Source: Myxococcota bacterium
GTDB lineage: Bacteria > Myxococcota_A > UBA796 > SXON01
Reading direction: 5' to 3'
DNA: 64,000 nucleotides
Assembly (NCBI GenBank): GCA_040386535.1
Contig: JAZKFH010000011.1
Coordinates: forward strand, 32,001-96,000
Program-made: the position numbers and the translations under genes
Shown here: positions 37,390 through 47,604 of the stretch, in pieces
Numbering within the stretch: the first letter of the stretch is position 1
How the letters are laid out: every line of letters starts with the position of its first letter
Notes under the pieces: model-generated
What the model saw: the letters and a program-made list of their open reading frames with translations, nothing else
Database searches by the model: none
What the model was told of the DNA's origin: nothing

Positions 37390-40300
37390 CGCAGTCCTCC
37401 ACACACCGAGAGCGTCAGCAGGCCCTCACGCTTCGCCAGCCGCCGCAGCGTCGCGACCTCGTGCGCGCCGATCGGCAGCACGCCCTCCTCGATCCAGTCC
37501 TTCTGCGGCGGCCCGAGGCTCACGCGTGTCGTGCCGGTCACCGGGACCACGCCGCCGGCGGGCGCCCCGGCTGTCCACCGGCGCAGGCGGAGCACGCGCG
37601 CGGCGGCCACGCCCGGCACCGCGGCCACGGCGGCGTAGATGTCGGAGAGGTGCACGTCGCCGCCGAGGCCCGCGCGGTCGGGATCGAACAGGCCGCCCTC
37701 GCCCGCGAGCGCGGCACGCACGCCGCGGTCCACGACGTCGGCGTGGGCGTGCGGGTGGGCGTCGACCGACAGGTCCAGGTCGAGCGAGACCCATCGGGGC
37801 GGCACGCTCTCGACCTCGATGCCACACATCCGCACCGCCTCGAGCCGCTGGCGCACGACGGCCCAGCGCCGGAGCACCTCGTCGTCGGGCAGGGTGTCCT
37901 CGTCCCGCAGCAGCACGGTGACGCGCACCAGCGGCCGGAGCCCGCCCAGGAGCACCTCCGCGCGCGCGCCGGCCACCTCGGCGAGCTCCGCCACCAGGGC
38001 CGCGCAGTCGTCCGCGGTCACGGCGGTCTGCGGGGTCCAGAGCACCACCGGGGCGCGGCGTCGGATGCGCTCCGTCGGCTCGGGTTCCCGCCCGCCCACG
38101 GCCGAGAGCGGGTTGGTCACGCGGATCAGGGCGCGCAGCCGCTCCTCGACGCCCGTGGCGCCGTCTGCCCCCACGCGGAGGTGCAGCGGAGCCTCGCCCG
38201 GGGGCGCCGCGCCGAACGAGAGGATCCCGGTGAGCGCGCCCGCGCCGACGTTTCCGACGGTCCCGAGCCCCACGGCGACGCCGACCACGAGCTCGACCGG
38301 CCCCTCGGGCAGGGGGGCGCCGTTGGTGCCGTCGCCGAAGCGCACGACCGTGCGCCCCTCGAGCCCGGCGCGGAGCACGAACACCTCCTCGTCGGCGCCC
38401 GCGAGGGACAGGTCGTCCACCCGGCGCCACGGGTCCCCCTCCACCTGCACGGACACCCGCGGCTCGCCCCGGCGCGCGCGCTCGGTGGGGAGCGGCCAGC
38501 CCGGCGCCACCCGGCTCAGCGGCGCGTAGGGGAGCTCCACTTCACGCGTGGACGCGCCGTCGGCGAGGCGCACGGTCAGCGCGCGAGTCCACCCGGCGAA
38601 CGGCCCCGCGACGCCGGGGTCGAGCCAGAGCGCGTGGCTCGCCGAGACGAAGTTCGCGCAGATCCGCGTGGGAACGGGCTCGCCGGTGATCGGCGACGGC
38701 GCGAGGCGCGCAAAGACCGCAGGGGCGGGACGGCGCGGATCCCAGTGGATGACCGTCGTCCCGGCCGCGAGCTCGATCGTCGTGACGCGGACCACGTGGC
38801 GGCGCTCGTCCGGTGCCTCCAGCACGAGCCAGCGCCCCGCGAGGCTCGGGAGCGTGCCGGGCACGACGGCGCGGCAGTCGCCGACGAGCACGTCCGCCGC
38901 GAGGCGCAGGTCGTCCACGTCGGCGTCGAACACGAGGTCCTCGTCCGTGGAGAAGGCGGCGGCCCAGGCGTCGAAGGGGCCGTTCGCCACCACGGTCCCC
39001 GCGGGGATGCACAGGTCCGAGAGCCCGGCGGCCGCGAGGTGCGCGCGCAGGGGCTCCTCCGCGCCCGCGGCGGCGGCGCCCGCGATGGTGTCGACCATGG
39101 CGTGATCGAGGGAGAACCGGAGCAGCGCCGTTGCCGAGAGGCCGGGATCCGCGGTGTAGTCGAGGGTGCGGGCGTGATCCTCGACCGAGCGGCGTCGCTG
39201 CGCGCCGACCAGGGTGCGCTCGGCCGCGCCGGCCTCCTGGAGCCACGCGATGCGATCGAGCTCGGACGCGAACAGCTCGAGCACGGCGGTGGTCAGATCG
39301 GCGGGCACGAGGGGTGCGGCGTCCGGCGTGGTCGTCGCGATGCGCCGCTTCATCAGCTCGAGCAGGCCGGCGTAGTCGTGGGCGCGGTAGTCGAGCACCG
39401 GATCGGCGGGGAGAGGCGCGGGCTGGGCTTCGGCCGGGCGCGCCTCCGGATCGGACGATGTGCACACCGGCGCGAGGGTGGCGGGGCGCGCGCCGACGCT
39501 GGCGACGAGCCGCGATCCGTCCTCGCGCACGTCCGACGGCACGGCGACCGCGAGCGGGGCGAAGTCGGGGTGGACCGACAGGTCGTGATCGACGGGCGCG
39601 GGCAGGGCGCCGAACGCGAGGGAGCCGAGGTCGATGGCGGGCGCCGCCGCGAACGGGGCCGTGGGCCACGCGCGCCAGGGCCAGCCGGGGGCGTCGGCGT
39701 AGAGCGCCTGGGCAGTCGCGACGACTGCGGCGGGGTCTGCCTGGACCGGCGGCGCGCCGGCGCGCAGCGCGAGGATCCCGTACATCCACAGCTCGGCGGG
39801 GCCCACGCGCACCGGCCCGGCCTGGTCGACGAGGCTCATCGACGCGAGGAGGATCCGGTCGCCGTCGAGGCGGAGGCCCCCTCCCACCCAGGCCTCGATC
39901 CGCACCAGCTCGAGGTTGCGCAACCCGCCCTCGACGTGCGCGGCGGGGCCCGCGATGCGGTCGAGGACCAGATCTTCGAGACGCACGGTGCCGGGCTCTC
40001 CGTCCCGCAGCACGGGATCGCCCTCGTCGACCGCGGCGTGCACGCCCACGCCGACGGCGCCGCCGGTGATGTCGCGGACCGCGAGCTCCCGCAGCAGCAC
40101 CCCTTCGCGCGACGGCGCCGCCTCCACCCGGATCGCGTGGCTGCTGGCGCCAGCGATCCCGGTGACCGAGCCCACCTCGATCTCCGCGCCGGCGGAGCAG
40201 CGCACGAGCAGCCCGGCGACCCGCCCGACCGCCGTGACGGCCCGCACGGTGACGCCGCGGAGCACCACCCGGCCGCCGTCGAGCTCCAGCCCCGCGCCGT

Positions 40301-40835
40301 CCGCGTCCAGGCTCACGTCGGCGACGCGGGCCCCGACCACCACGACCGAATTGGTCGCCGCGAGGCGCGCGCCCGCCGTGACCGGGCCGGACACCCCGGC
40401 GACGTCGAGCTCGCTGACCTCGAGCTCCCCCGCCTGGAGCCGCACGTCCCCGCCGCGCGCCCGCAGCCCCACGACGCGGAGCAGCCCGGCGACCTCGGCG
40501 TCGACAGCGCCGCCGCGCTGGTTGGTGACGGTGGCGCCCGTGGCCCGGAGGCGCAGGCGCCCGGCGCGCACGGTCTCGAGATGGACCTGGTCCCCCTCGA
40601 TGTCCAGGATGTCGACGGAGAGCCCTTCGATGTCGAGCCGCGCCGCGCCGCGGAGGCGGAGCTCTCCCACCAGGGTGCCGCCGCGCAACGACACGCTCCG
40701 GCCCGCGAGATCGAGCTCCAGCGGGGGGGCGAGGGTGGCGGTGGGGAGCACCCACACCACGGGCGTGTCCCCGAGCGCGGCCGCCGCCGCCTCCAGCGCC
40801 GCCCGGAGGCCCGCCGCGGAGAAGGTGGTGGTCAC
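37386..40835 (-). CDS. Baseplate J-like protein with N-terminal beta-helix domain
   Basis: LDYRAHDYAGL, AQRRRSVEDHARTLDY, VRFGDGTNG, NPLSAVGGREPE, AVTADD. GTG start at 40835. Confidence 0.88.
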   Translation of the reverse strand: MTTTFSAAGLRAALEAAAAALGDTPVVWVLPTATLAPPLELDLAGRSVSLRGGTLVGELRLRGAARLDIEGLSVDILDIEGDQVHLETVRAGRLRLRATGATVTNQRGGAVDAEVAGLLRVVGLRARGGDVRLQAGELEVSELDVAGVSGPVTAGARLAATNSVVVVGARVADVSLDADGAGLELDGGRVVLRGVTVRAVTAVGRVAGLLVRCSAGAEIEVGSVTGIAGASSHAIRVEAAPSREGVLLRELAVRDITGGAVGVGVHAAVDEGDPVLRDGEPGTVRLEDLVLDRIAGPAAHVEGGLRNLELVRIEAWVGGGLRLDGDRILLASMSLVDQAGPVRVGPAELWMYGILALRAGAPPVQADPAAVVATAQALYADAPGWPWRAWPTAPFAAAPAIDLGSLAFGALPAPVDHDLSVHPDFAPLAVAVPSDVREDGSRLVASVGARPATLAPVCTSSDPEARPAEAQPAPLPADPVLDYRAHDYAGLLELMKRRIATTTPDAAPLVPADLTTAVLELFASELDRIAWLQEAGAAERTLVGAQRRRSVEDHARTLDYTADPGLSATALLRFSLDHAMVDTIAGAAAAGAEEPLRAHLAAAGLSDLCIPAGTVVANGPFDAWAAAFSTDEDLVFDADVDDLRLAADVLVGDCRAVVPGTLPSLAGRWLVLEAPDERRHVVRVTTIELAAGTTVIHWDPRRPAPAVFARLAPSPITGEPVPTRICANFVSASHALWLDPGVAGPFAGWTRALTVRLADGASTREVELPYAPLSRVAPGWPLPTERARRGEPRVSVQVEGDPWRRVDDLSLAGADEEVFVLRAGLEGRTVVRFGDGTNGAPLPEGPVELVVGVAVGLGTVGNVGAGALTGILSFGAAPPGEAPLHLRVGADGATGVEERLRALIRVTNPLSAVGGREPEPTERIRRRAPVVLWTPQTAVTADDCAALVAELAEVAGARAEVLLGGLRPLVRVTVLLRDEDTLPDDEVLRRWAVVRQRLEAVRMCGIEVESVPPRWVSLDLDLSVDAHPHAHADVVDRGVRAALAGEGGLFDPDRAGLGGDVHLSDIYAAVAAVPGVAAARVLRLRRWTAGAPAGGVVPVTGTTRVSLGPPQKDWIEEGVLPIGAHEVATLRRLAKREGLLTLSVCGGLR

Positions 40836-41203
40836 GGGCCCTCCAACACGCGCGCGAAGCTCTCCGCGCGCTCTTCGCCCGTGGCCCGCACCGTGTAGAG
40901 CAGGTCGATCGTGAGGGTGACGCTGTCTACGGTGACGCGGACGGCCTCGAACTGCACCTGCTCGGCGAGGAAGCGCCGCACCGCGACGGCGATGGTGTAC
41001 TCGGCGGCGGCGGCGGTCTCGGCGGTGGCGCCGGAGAACACCAGCCGCTGCACGCCGCAGCCGAAGTCGGGCCGGTTCACCCGCTCGCCCGGGAGCGTGA
41101 ACAGGAGCTGCTCCAGCTGCTCGCGGACGGCGACGGAGGGAGAGAGGGCGACGGGCACCCGTGCGGGCCCGATCCGGAAGGGGAACCCGAGCTGCGACTT
41201 CAT
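40832..41203 (-). CDS. gp25/GPW-like baseplate protein
   Basis: MKSQLGFPFRIG...EQLLFTLPGERVNRPDFGCGVQRLVF. Confidence 0.93.
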   Translation of the reverse strand: MKSQLGFPFRIGPARVPVALSPSVAVREQLEQLLFTLPGERVNRPDFGCGVQRLVFSGATAETAAAAEYTIAVAVRRFLAEQVQFEAVRVTVDSVTLTIDLLYTVRATGEERAESFARVLEGP

Positions 41204-42381
41204 GCGGCGCCCATCGCGTTGCGAACAAGCTCGACCTCGGCGTCGTAGCGCCGCGTGTGCGCGTCCGCGGTCCACGTGTGGCGCACGGACCGGACGTACC
41301 AGGTGCCGTCGAGGGCCTTGCCCGCGCCCTCCACCGCCACCGGACGCCGCGCGCGCAGGACCACCGGATAGCGGAGCGTCTGGACCGTGCCGGTCGCGCT
41401 CAGCAGCCAGTCGGACTCCTGGAGCTCCGCGGCCGCGAGCGTGCCGAGCTCGTGCTGATCGTGGGGCACGTCGGCGAACGGGAGGCCCAGCGGCGTGAGG
41501 TTCGGGCGTTGCGGCAGCACCTCGGCCAGCCGCGCGGTCAGCAGGTCCGCGCGCGAGCGGGCGCCCAGCTTGTGGTAGGGGCTCAGCTTCGCGCGGGTGG
41601 TCTGCACGCGGCGGGTGCGCTCGTCGAGGTGCCAGGACTGGGTGGTGGTGGGGTGGTGGCTCTCCCACCGCGCGCAGAACTCCAGCAGCGAGGGCTCCTC
41701 CCGCGGCATCAGGCGCAGCGGCGGCTGGGGCGGATCCCCGAGGCGCGGCTTGTGGAAGTGGCCCACGAAGGCGGCGCCCGGATGCGCCCCGGCGCTCACG
41801 GCCCCGGGCGCGCGCTCCATCCACAGCTCGAAACCGTTGCGCCGCGCCAGGAGGCGCAGGAACTCGGCGTCCGTGCCCCGCTGCAGGAGGGTGCCGCGGT
41901 CGGCGGCGCGGGACGGCGCGGTCTCGTCCACGTCGGCACCGAAGCCATACTCGGCGAGGATGGTGCGGACGATGGCGGCGTCGCTCCGATCGGTCCACGC
42001 GCGGACGCGATCGTCGAGGTGCATCAGGCACGCGGCGTCGTACCCCTCGAGCTCGAGGTGGGAGTCGGGCACGCGCTGGGGGCCGAACCGCGCCTCCACG
42101 CTGGTGACGTAGCCGTCGACCACGACCGTCTCCGAGCCCGCCTCGCCCTGCTCCACCGGCCCAAGCGAAAAGGCGAGGGTGACGCGCCGGAGCAGCGCGA
42201 AGCGGGGGTCGGCGAGCAGGTCCCAGTCGCCGTCGATCGGCGCCAGATCGAGCTTCAGCTTGAACCAGGTGGCCCCGTCCGCGCGCTCCTCCACCACCGC
42301 CGAGAGCAGGCGCTGGGGCGCCTCGACCCACGGCTCGCCGTCGAGCCACACCCGGATCCACGCTTCGCGCTGCGGGTTCAT
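41200..42381 (-). CDS. Baseplate hub (phage late control D / gp27-like; VgrG N-half)
   Basis: LQRGTDAEFLRLLARRNGFE, LRYPVVLRARRPVAVEGAGKALDGTWYVRSVRH. Confidence 0.9.
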   Translation of the reverse strand: MNPQREAWIRVWLDGEPWVEAPQRLLSAVVEERADGATWFKLKLDLAPIDGDWDLLADPRFALLRRVTLAFSLGPVEQGEAGSETVVVDGYVTSVEARFGPQRVPDSHLELEGYDAACLMHLDDRVRAWTDRSDAAIVRTILAEYGFGADVDETAPSRAADRGTLLQRGTDAEFLRLLARRNGFELWMERAPGAVSAGAHPGAAFVGHFHKPRLGDPPQPPLRLMPREEPSLLEFCARWESHHPTTTQSWHLDERTRRVQTTRAKLSPYHKLGARSRADLLTARLAEVLPQRPNLTPLGLPFADVPHDQHELGTLAAAELQESDWLLSATGTVQTLRYPVVLRARRPVAVEGAGKALDGTWYVRSVRHTWTADAHTRRYDAEVELVRNAMGAA

Positions 42382-42674
42382 CGGTCGGCTCGGGGAATGC
42401 GGAGGCGACGCCCGACGGTCTCCAGCTCCGTCGGGGCCGCGGCCTCGTTGGCATCGAGGATGCGCCAGCTCTGGAGGGGGTCGCCGTACCAGCGCTGCGC
42501 GATGAGATCGAGCCTCTCCCCGGCCGCGACCGTGTGCCAGCCTGCCTCGTCGGCCTCCGCGGCACCTCGCGTGCCCAGGGACGCGGCGCGGCGCGGCGCG
42601 TACAGCTCGACCTGCCGGCCCGCGACCGCGGCGCGCCAGGTAGGGTGGGCGTCGAAGCGGGAGGACGTGCTCAC
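42378..42674 (-). CDS. LysM/tail-X-like protein
   Basis: HTVAAGERLDLIAQRWYGDPLQSWRILDAN...GRRLRIP. Confidence 0.9.
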   Translation of the reverse strand: MSTSSRFDAHPTWRAAVAGRQVELYAPRRAASLGTRGAAEADEAGWHTVAAGERLDLIAQRWYGDPLQSWRILDANEAAAPTELETVGRRLRIPRADR

Positions 42675-43465
42675 GTGCTCTCCGGGCCGTAGGGCGCGGG
42701 CGGCTCGGCCACCGGGCGCGCGATCCCCGCGTCGGCGATGGGCGCCTTGAGCACGGCGGTGACCATGGCGCCGATGGACTGCCCCGCCACGCTGGTCTCC
42801 CCGCCCCCCTCGGCGGCGTCACGCCACGTCCCGCGGTTGCGTTGGAGCTCCTCGAACGCCTGCCAGATCACGGACGTCTCGGTGGTCTCGAGCGGCTCGA
42901 GGACACGCATCGCGAGGTCGATCTCCGCGCGGATCGGCACCAGCGCGGGATCGAAGCGCTTCTCGGTGATGGTCATCTGCGTGAGGATGACGGGGAACCG
43001 GCGCAGGCCCAGCACGAGCAGGAGCTCGGTGGGGAAGATGGGGTTGAGCCGGTTCTGGCCGGCGGGCGCCGCGCTGCGATCCACCCGCGCGTCGCTGCCG
43101 AAGGCGACGAGCTCGAGCTGGGAGAGCTCCGGCAGGATGCCCTTTCCCGCGTCCTGGCCGGACAGGATCGCCTCGGTCGCGTCGAACACCAGCTTGAAGG
43201 CGATGGTCTCCGCCTTCACGAAGAAGCCGGCGCCGCGGAAGCTGTCCTGCAGCTTCTGCTCCGCCGCCGACAGCGCCTGCTCCTTGCCCTGCCCGTTCTT
43301 GCGGTACTCCCACGCCCCCTGCCGGGTGCGGGTCACGCTCTCCGGGTTGTACTGGAACGTGAGCGCACGCGCCTTCGTACGGTCCCCCGACAGGATGATG
43401 AGCGCCCCACGCTCGAGGCGCTGCTTGTCGAAGGAGGCGAGCACGGGCTGGAGGGAGCGGGTCAT
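42671..43465 (-). CDS. CIS tube initiator (Afp7 N-terminal-like)
   Basis: FQYNPESVTRTR, ETIAFKLVFDAT, GILPELSQLE, ITEKRFDPALVPIRAEI. Start ATG 43465. Confidence 0.88.
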   Translation of the reverse strand: MTRSLQPVLASFDKQRLERGALIILSGDRTKARALTFQYNPESVTRTRQGAWEYRKNGQGKEQALSAAEQKLQDSFRGAGFFVKAETIAFKLVFDATEAILSGQDAGKGILPELSQLELVAFGSDARVDRSAAPAGQNRLNPIFPTELLLVLGLRRFPVILTQMTITEKRFDPALVPIRAEIDLAMRVLEPLETTETSVIWQAFEELQRNRGTWRDAAEGGGETSVAGQSIGAMVTAVLKAPIADAGIARPVAEPPAPYGPEST

Positions 43466-43650
43466 CCGTCCTCCCGCCGGTCGGCGAGCGCGCGCAGGAT
43501 CGCCTGGTTGTTCTTGTCGAGCAGCGTGACGATGCACTCGGAGACGAGCGCGACGAGCGCCGCGTGGTCCTTCGGCGGCGACCGGAGCACCCACTGCACG
43601 TGGCGCTCCATCTCCCGGCGCGTCAGGCCGATGGTGTCCGGGGTGTCCAC
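43462..43650 (-). CDS. 62-aa hypothetical protein
   Basis: GTG 43650 after a GGAG RBS. Reads MDTPDTIGLTRREMERHVQWVLRSPPKDHAALVALVSECIVTLLDKNNQAILRALADRREDG, with an ATGA overlap downstream. Confidence 0.65.
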   Translation of the reverse strand: MDTPDTIGLTRREMERHVQWVLRSPPKDHAALVALVSECIVTLLDKNNQAILRALADRREDG

Positions 43651-43651
43651 G

Positions 43652-44494
43652 TCAGCTCCACGCGCCGTCGAGGGGGCGGCCTTCGAGCTGTCGGCGTACC
43701 AGCTCGAGATAGTGCCAGCGCCGCTCGCGCGGCAGGGCGAGGATGTGGTCCTCCGGCCAGTGGTAGTGCCAGGCGAGCGTGTGCACCTCGGCGAACAGGC
43801 GGCCCACGCCCGCGCGGGTGGCCTGCCGGAGCAGCTGGATCGGATCCAGCCAGAGGTCGAAGCGGGCGCGGCACTCCGGGCACCGCCCGATGATCCCGAG
43901 GTCCAGCGCGGAGGACTGCTCGGCGAACGCCAGGGCGACCTGCTGGCGCACCCCCGCGTCGAGCGCGAGCCAGCGTTCGGGCGACGGGGGCCCCTCCCCC
44001 GCGAGGTCCTCCACGAGCCGCGGCCAGATCGGCTCGCCGGCGGCCGCGAGCTCGTCGTCCACGCCGAGGGGCTCGCGCACCCGGATGCGCCCGGCCGGCG
44101 TATCGACCTCGACGCCGACGGCCTCGCGCGGCGCGCCCAGCAGCTCGCTGATCGACAGATCGAGGTCCGAGAGCGCGCGGCAGGTGGGGTTGTCGCACCG
44201 CGCCACGAGCGCGAGTTGGTCACCCACGAGCCCCTGCAAGACGGTCAGCAACAGGCGATGGCGGTCGCCGCGGGCGAGCAGCCGCACCAGCCCGAGATCC
44301 ACGTCCTCGAAGTCCCCGATGCGCCCGATGACGAGCGCGCACAGGCGTGACTCCGCGACCGGCCCGGCGGCCGACGCGGTCTCCGCGAGCAGGAGCTCGT
44401 GATGGCCGGTGAGGGTGGAGAGCTCCACCTCGCGGTGGACCTTCCCGGCCGCATCGACCACCCCGTGCGGGACGATCACCGTCGTGACGAGCAC
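43652..44494 (-). CDS. Tail assembly chaperone / T4 gp26-like protein with CxxC motifs and DUF6760-like tail
   Basis: GVVDAAGKVHREVEL, CDNPTC, CPEC, LFAEVHTLAWHYHWPEDHILALPRERRWHY. Confidence 0.85.
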   Translation of the reverse strand: MLVTTVIVPHGVVDAAGKVHREVELSTLTGHHELLLAETASAAGPVAESRLCALVIGRIGDFEDVDLGLVRLLARGDRHRLLLTVLQGLVGDQLALVARCDNPTCRALSDLDLSISELLGAPREAVGVEVDTPAGRIRVREPLGVDDELAAAGEPIWPRLVEDLAGEGPPSPERWLALDAGVRQQVALAFAEQSSALDLGIIGRCPECRARFDLWLDPIQLLRQATRAGVGRLFAEVHTLAWHYHWPEDHILALPRERRWHYLELVRRQLEGRPLDGAWS

Positions 44495-44507
44495 ACGCTC
44501 TCCGAAT

Positions 44508-44999
44508 TCAGACCGGGTTCTTGGACTCGAAGCCTTCGTGCTGGATCTCGATGGACTCGAGGATCACCTCGTTCGCGTCGCCCGCGAGGTCGGAGAGCGC
44601 GGTGTACTTGGAGACCCAGGCGTTGTGGAGGGTGTAGAACTTCACGACGGTCTTGTTGTCGACGTCGTAGACGCGGATGTCCACGTCCTGGCGGAAGTTC
44701 GGCTCCTTCTCACGGCCCTTGGTGTCCCAGCGGTTCCGCACGAGCGTGGTGGCCCAGGCCTGGAACGTCGGGTCGTTGGTGACGCCGCCCTCGAGGGTGA
44801 CCGGGTCGTACGCGGTGCGGCCGGGGAGCAGCTCGCTCACGCTCGACTGGTCGCTCCCCGCGCGGAACTTCACCACCTCGACCGAGGCGGAGAGCTTCGA
44901 CATCTTGTGGCAGGCCGCCACTTCCTTGCCGCCGATCCAGATCCGGAAGTTGAAGTTGCGGAACGGGTCGCGCTTTTTTGAGTCCGAGAACCGCGGCAT
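44508..44999 (-). CDS. Tail tube protein (T4 gp19-like)
   Basis: RDPFRNFNFRI, LPGRTAYDPVTLEGGVTND, NAWVSKYTALSDL...NEVILESIEIQHEG. Confidence 0.95.
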   Translation of the reverse strand: MPRFSDSKKRDPFRNFNFRIWIGGKEVAACHKMSKLSASVEVVKFRAGSDQSSVSELLPGRTAYDPVTLEGGVTNDPTFQAWATTLVRNRWDTKGREKEPNFRQDVDIRVYDVDNKTVVKFYTLHNAWVSKYTALSDLAGDANEVILESIEIQHEGFESKNPV

Positions 45000-45029
45000 G
45001 GCTGCTCCTTGAGGTTCAGAAGGTGGAGG

Positions 45030-45665
45030 TCAGAAGGTCGGCGTGGAGGGGTCGGAGCCGAGGACGAGCTGGAGCGCGCTCCCGGAGGTGGTGACGGGCT
45101 TGGGCAGCGTGGCGGCCTCGTCCGGGGAGGCGAGGCGGCTCCAGCCCTCGTGGACGAACTCCGCCGATTGCAGCGCCACCTCGGAGGTGAGCGCGTCGAG
45201 GCGGGGGAGCGCCTGGAAGCGTGACAACCACGCGTTTGCCAGGACGTAGCGGACCGACCGCGGCGGGTCGGTGGGGCCGGTGGCGCCCCGGTCCTGCGGG
45301 ACGCCGTCCCACACGTCGATGAACACCGTGCGCTTGATGGGCACCGACGGGCGCTTGCCGGTCTCGAGGAACTCGCGCACCGCGGCCGCCCACACCGCGA
45401 AGGTGTCGTCGAGCGCGAGCCCGGACTCGATGACCACCGGGTCCCACGTGATGCGCTCGGGGTTGGCGTAGCGGTGGAGGTTGTTGCCGCCGCTCCAGGT
45501 CTCCGAGGCGGTGGCGATCTGGGTGAGCCCCGACACCCGCTGCACCCCCGCCACCACGCGCGTGCCGGTCTGCACGCCCGCCGTCGTCTGGTCGAGCGGG
45601 ACGCTCACCCGGAACTGGAAGGTGCGCAGCGGATCGTGCTGGCGGAACGGGGGCGCGACGGGCAT
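45030..45665 (-). CDS. Second tail tube paralogue (gp19-like)
   Basis: HDPLRTFQFRV, VQRVSGL, NAWLSRFQALPRLDALTSEVALQSAEFVHEGW. Confidence 0.9.
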   Translation of the reverse strand: MPVAPPFRQHDPLRTFQFRVSVPLDQTTAGVQTGTRVVAGVQRVSGLTQIATASETWSGGNNLHRYANPERITWDPVVIESGLALDDTFAVWAAAVREFLETGKRPSVPIKRTVFIDVWDGVPQDRGATGPTDPPRSVRYVLANAWLSRFQALPRLDALTSEVALQSAEFVHEGWSRLASPDEAATLPKPVTTSGSALQLVLGSDPSTPTF

Positions 45666-47596
45666 CAGGTCACCAGCGTCTTCTGGCTGACCTGGATGAC
45701 CACGAACTCCGCCGGCTTGAGCGGGGCGAAGTACACGCGCGCGGTGACGACGCCGGCGTCGATGTTCGCCTGCGGGTTGGTGGTCGCGTCACACCGCACG
45801 AGGAAGGCTTCGGCCGGGGTGGTGCCCTGGAACGCGCCGTCCTGGAACAGCCGCAGCATGAAGTTGAAGATGTTCTGCCGGACCCGCTCCCACAACGTCG
45901 TGTCGTTCGGCTCGAACACCGCCCACTGCATGCCCTGGCGGATGGACTCGATGAGGAACAGCGCCGTGCGGCGCACCGGGACGTAGCGCCACTCCGGGTC
46001 GCTCGAGATGGTGCGCGCGCCCCAGGTCACGATGCCCGTGCCGCTGAACTGCCGGATGCAGTTGAGGCCGACCGGGTTGAGCAGATCCTGCTGGCCGTCG
46101 TCGACGTCGAACTGCAGGCCGAGCGCGCCGGGCACCGTGGCCTCGATGCCGGCCGGCGCCTTCCACACGCCGCGGCTGTTGTCGGTGCGCGCGTAGATGC
46201 CGGCGACCAGGCCCGAGGGCGGGACGAAGCGGGTGGGGTTGCGCCCGACGCCGAGCGGATCGTAGGCCTTGACCCAGGGGTAGTACATGGCCGCGTTCTT
46301 GGAGCGCAGCGGGAGCGTCTGGATGAAGCTCCGCGCGTCGAGCGGGTGCACCTGGAAGTCGTCGTCCTGTGCGCCCGGCCCGTCGAGGACGGCGAAGGCG
46401 CCGTGCTGCTCCGCCCAGGGCAAGAGCTTCGTGACGTAGGCGGGCTCGTTGGTGTGGCCCGGGATGGCGATGATGTTGACGAGCAGGGTGTCGAGCGCGT
46501 GGATGCCGGTGCGCGCGACCGGATCGCCGAAGTACTCGGTGGGGCCCGGCGTGCCGGTGCCGTCGGAGCCGTTGGCGAGCGCCACCGGCGCGGTGGTGAC
46601 CGCGGGGCGGACGTCGCTGTTCTTCAGGTCGTTGGCGGCAAAACCTGTCGCCACGGAGGTGAAGCCGAAGCTGCGGCTGAAGGAGCGCGGGTGGTTCACG
46701 CTGAGCGTGTCGCGCAGCAGGAGCGACAGCGCGGTCTTCGCGACGTCCGCCGGCTCGCTCGCCATCGCGACCACCACGGTGCCGGCAGAGGGCGACGTGG
46801 CGACGAAGTCGGGGCCGATCAGCGCGTTGAACGCGGCGAGATCACGCGGGCCGGCGGACGCCGCGAGCGTGACCGACTTGGTGTGGAGCACCGCGTCCCC
46901 CTGGCGGGCTTCGAGCACAAAATCCATCGCGTCGGTGTTGCTCACCGGGAGCTTGCCCGCGAGCCGGGGGCCGACGGCGGGGATGGCGGCGAACGTGCCG
47001 TCTCCGCTGGCGCCGGCGGAGGGGAACGCGGCGGTGATCTCGATGTACCGCGAGGTCTCCTTGACCACGCGCACGACATGGTCGTCGCTACGCGGGTCCA
47101 TTCGCACGTCGGTGAAGGTCTCCAGGGTGCGGGACAGGCCGCCTTCGATCACCGACACGCGCAGGGTGAACGCCTCGTCCGGGTACGCGTCGGACGCGAG
47201 CACGTCCAGCCGCAGCGTGCTCCCCCACGCCCCCGCGCCGCGCGCGCGCACGGCCAGGGCGACCGGGCGATTTCCCGCCGCCGGGACGACCGCGACCGGC
47301 AGCGTGACGGTGGCGGCCACCGCGTCCGCCGGCATCACGCGAACGACGTACGCCCGCCGCCCGCCGGCGTCGAAGAAGCCCTCGACTCCCGCCGCGAGGT
47401 AGCCCGCCGCGCCGCTCCGGTGCCCACCGAAGGCGGCCTGGTACTCCTCCATCGACGTGCACAGGGTTGCCCGGTTGGGCTGCCCGCGGGGGGCCTCCCC
47501 CAGGAACGCCGCGGTGGAGGTGCTGACGCCTTCGATGGGGCGGACCCCGCTCGAGACCTCTTCGACGTAAACGCCAGGGTGAAGCCGTTCGGCCAT
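45665..47596 (-). CDS. Contractile tail sheath protein
   Basis: MAERLHPGVYVEEVSSGVRPIEGVSTSTAAF, AAMYYPW, PPSGLVAGIYARTDNSRGVWKAPAG, WAVFEPND, APLKPAEFV. Confidence 0.97.
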   Translation of the reverse strand: MAERLHPGVYVEEVSSGVRPIEGVSTSTAAFLGEAPRGQPNRATLCTSMEEYQAAFGGHRSGAAGYLAAGVEGFFDAGGRRAYVVRVMPADAVAATVTLPVAVVPAAGNRPVALAVRARGAGAWGSTLRLDVLASDAYPDEAFTLRVSVIEGGLSRTLETFTDVRMDPRSDDHVVRVVKETSRYIEITAAFPSAGASGDGTFAAIPAVGPRLAGKLPVSNTDAMDFVLEARQGDAVLHTKSVTLAASAGPRDLAAFNALIGPDFVATSPSAGTVVVAMASEPADVAKTALSLLLRDTLSVNHPRSFSRSFGFTSVATGFAANDLKNSDVRPAVTTAPVALANGSDGTGTPGPTEYFGDPVARTGIHALDTLLVNIIAIPGHTNEPAYVTKLLPWAEQHGAFAVLDGPGAQDDDFQVHPLDARSFIQTLPLRSKNAAMYYPWVKAYDPLGVGRNPTRFVPPSGLVAGIYARTDNSRGVWKAPAGIEATVPGALGLQFDVDDGQQDLLNPVGLNCIRQFSGTGIVTWGARTISSDPEWRYVPVRRTALFLIESIRQGMQWAVFEPNDTTLWERVRQNIFNFMLRLFQDGAFQGTTPAEAFLVRCDATTNPQANIDAGVVTARVYFAPLKPAEFVVIQVSQKTLVT

Positions 47597-47604
47597 GGGA
47601 ACTC

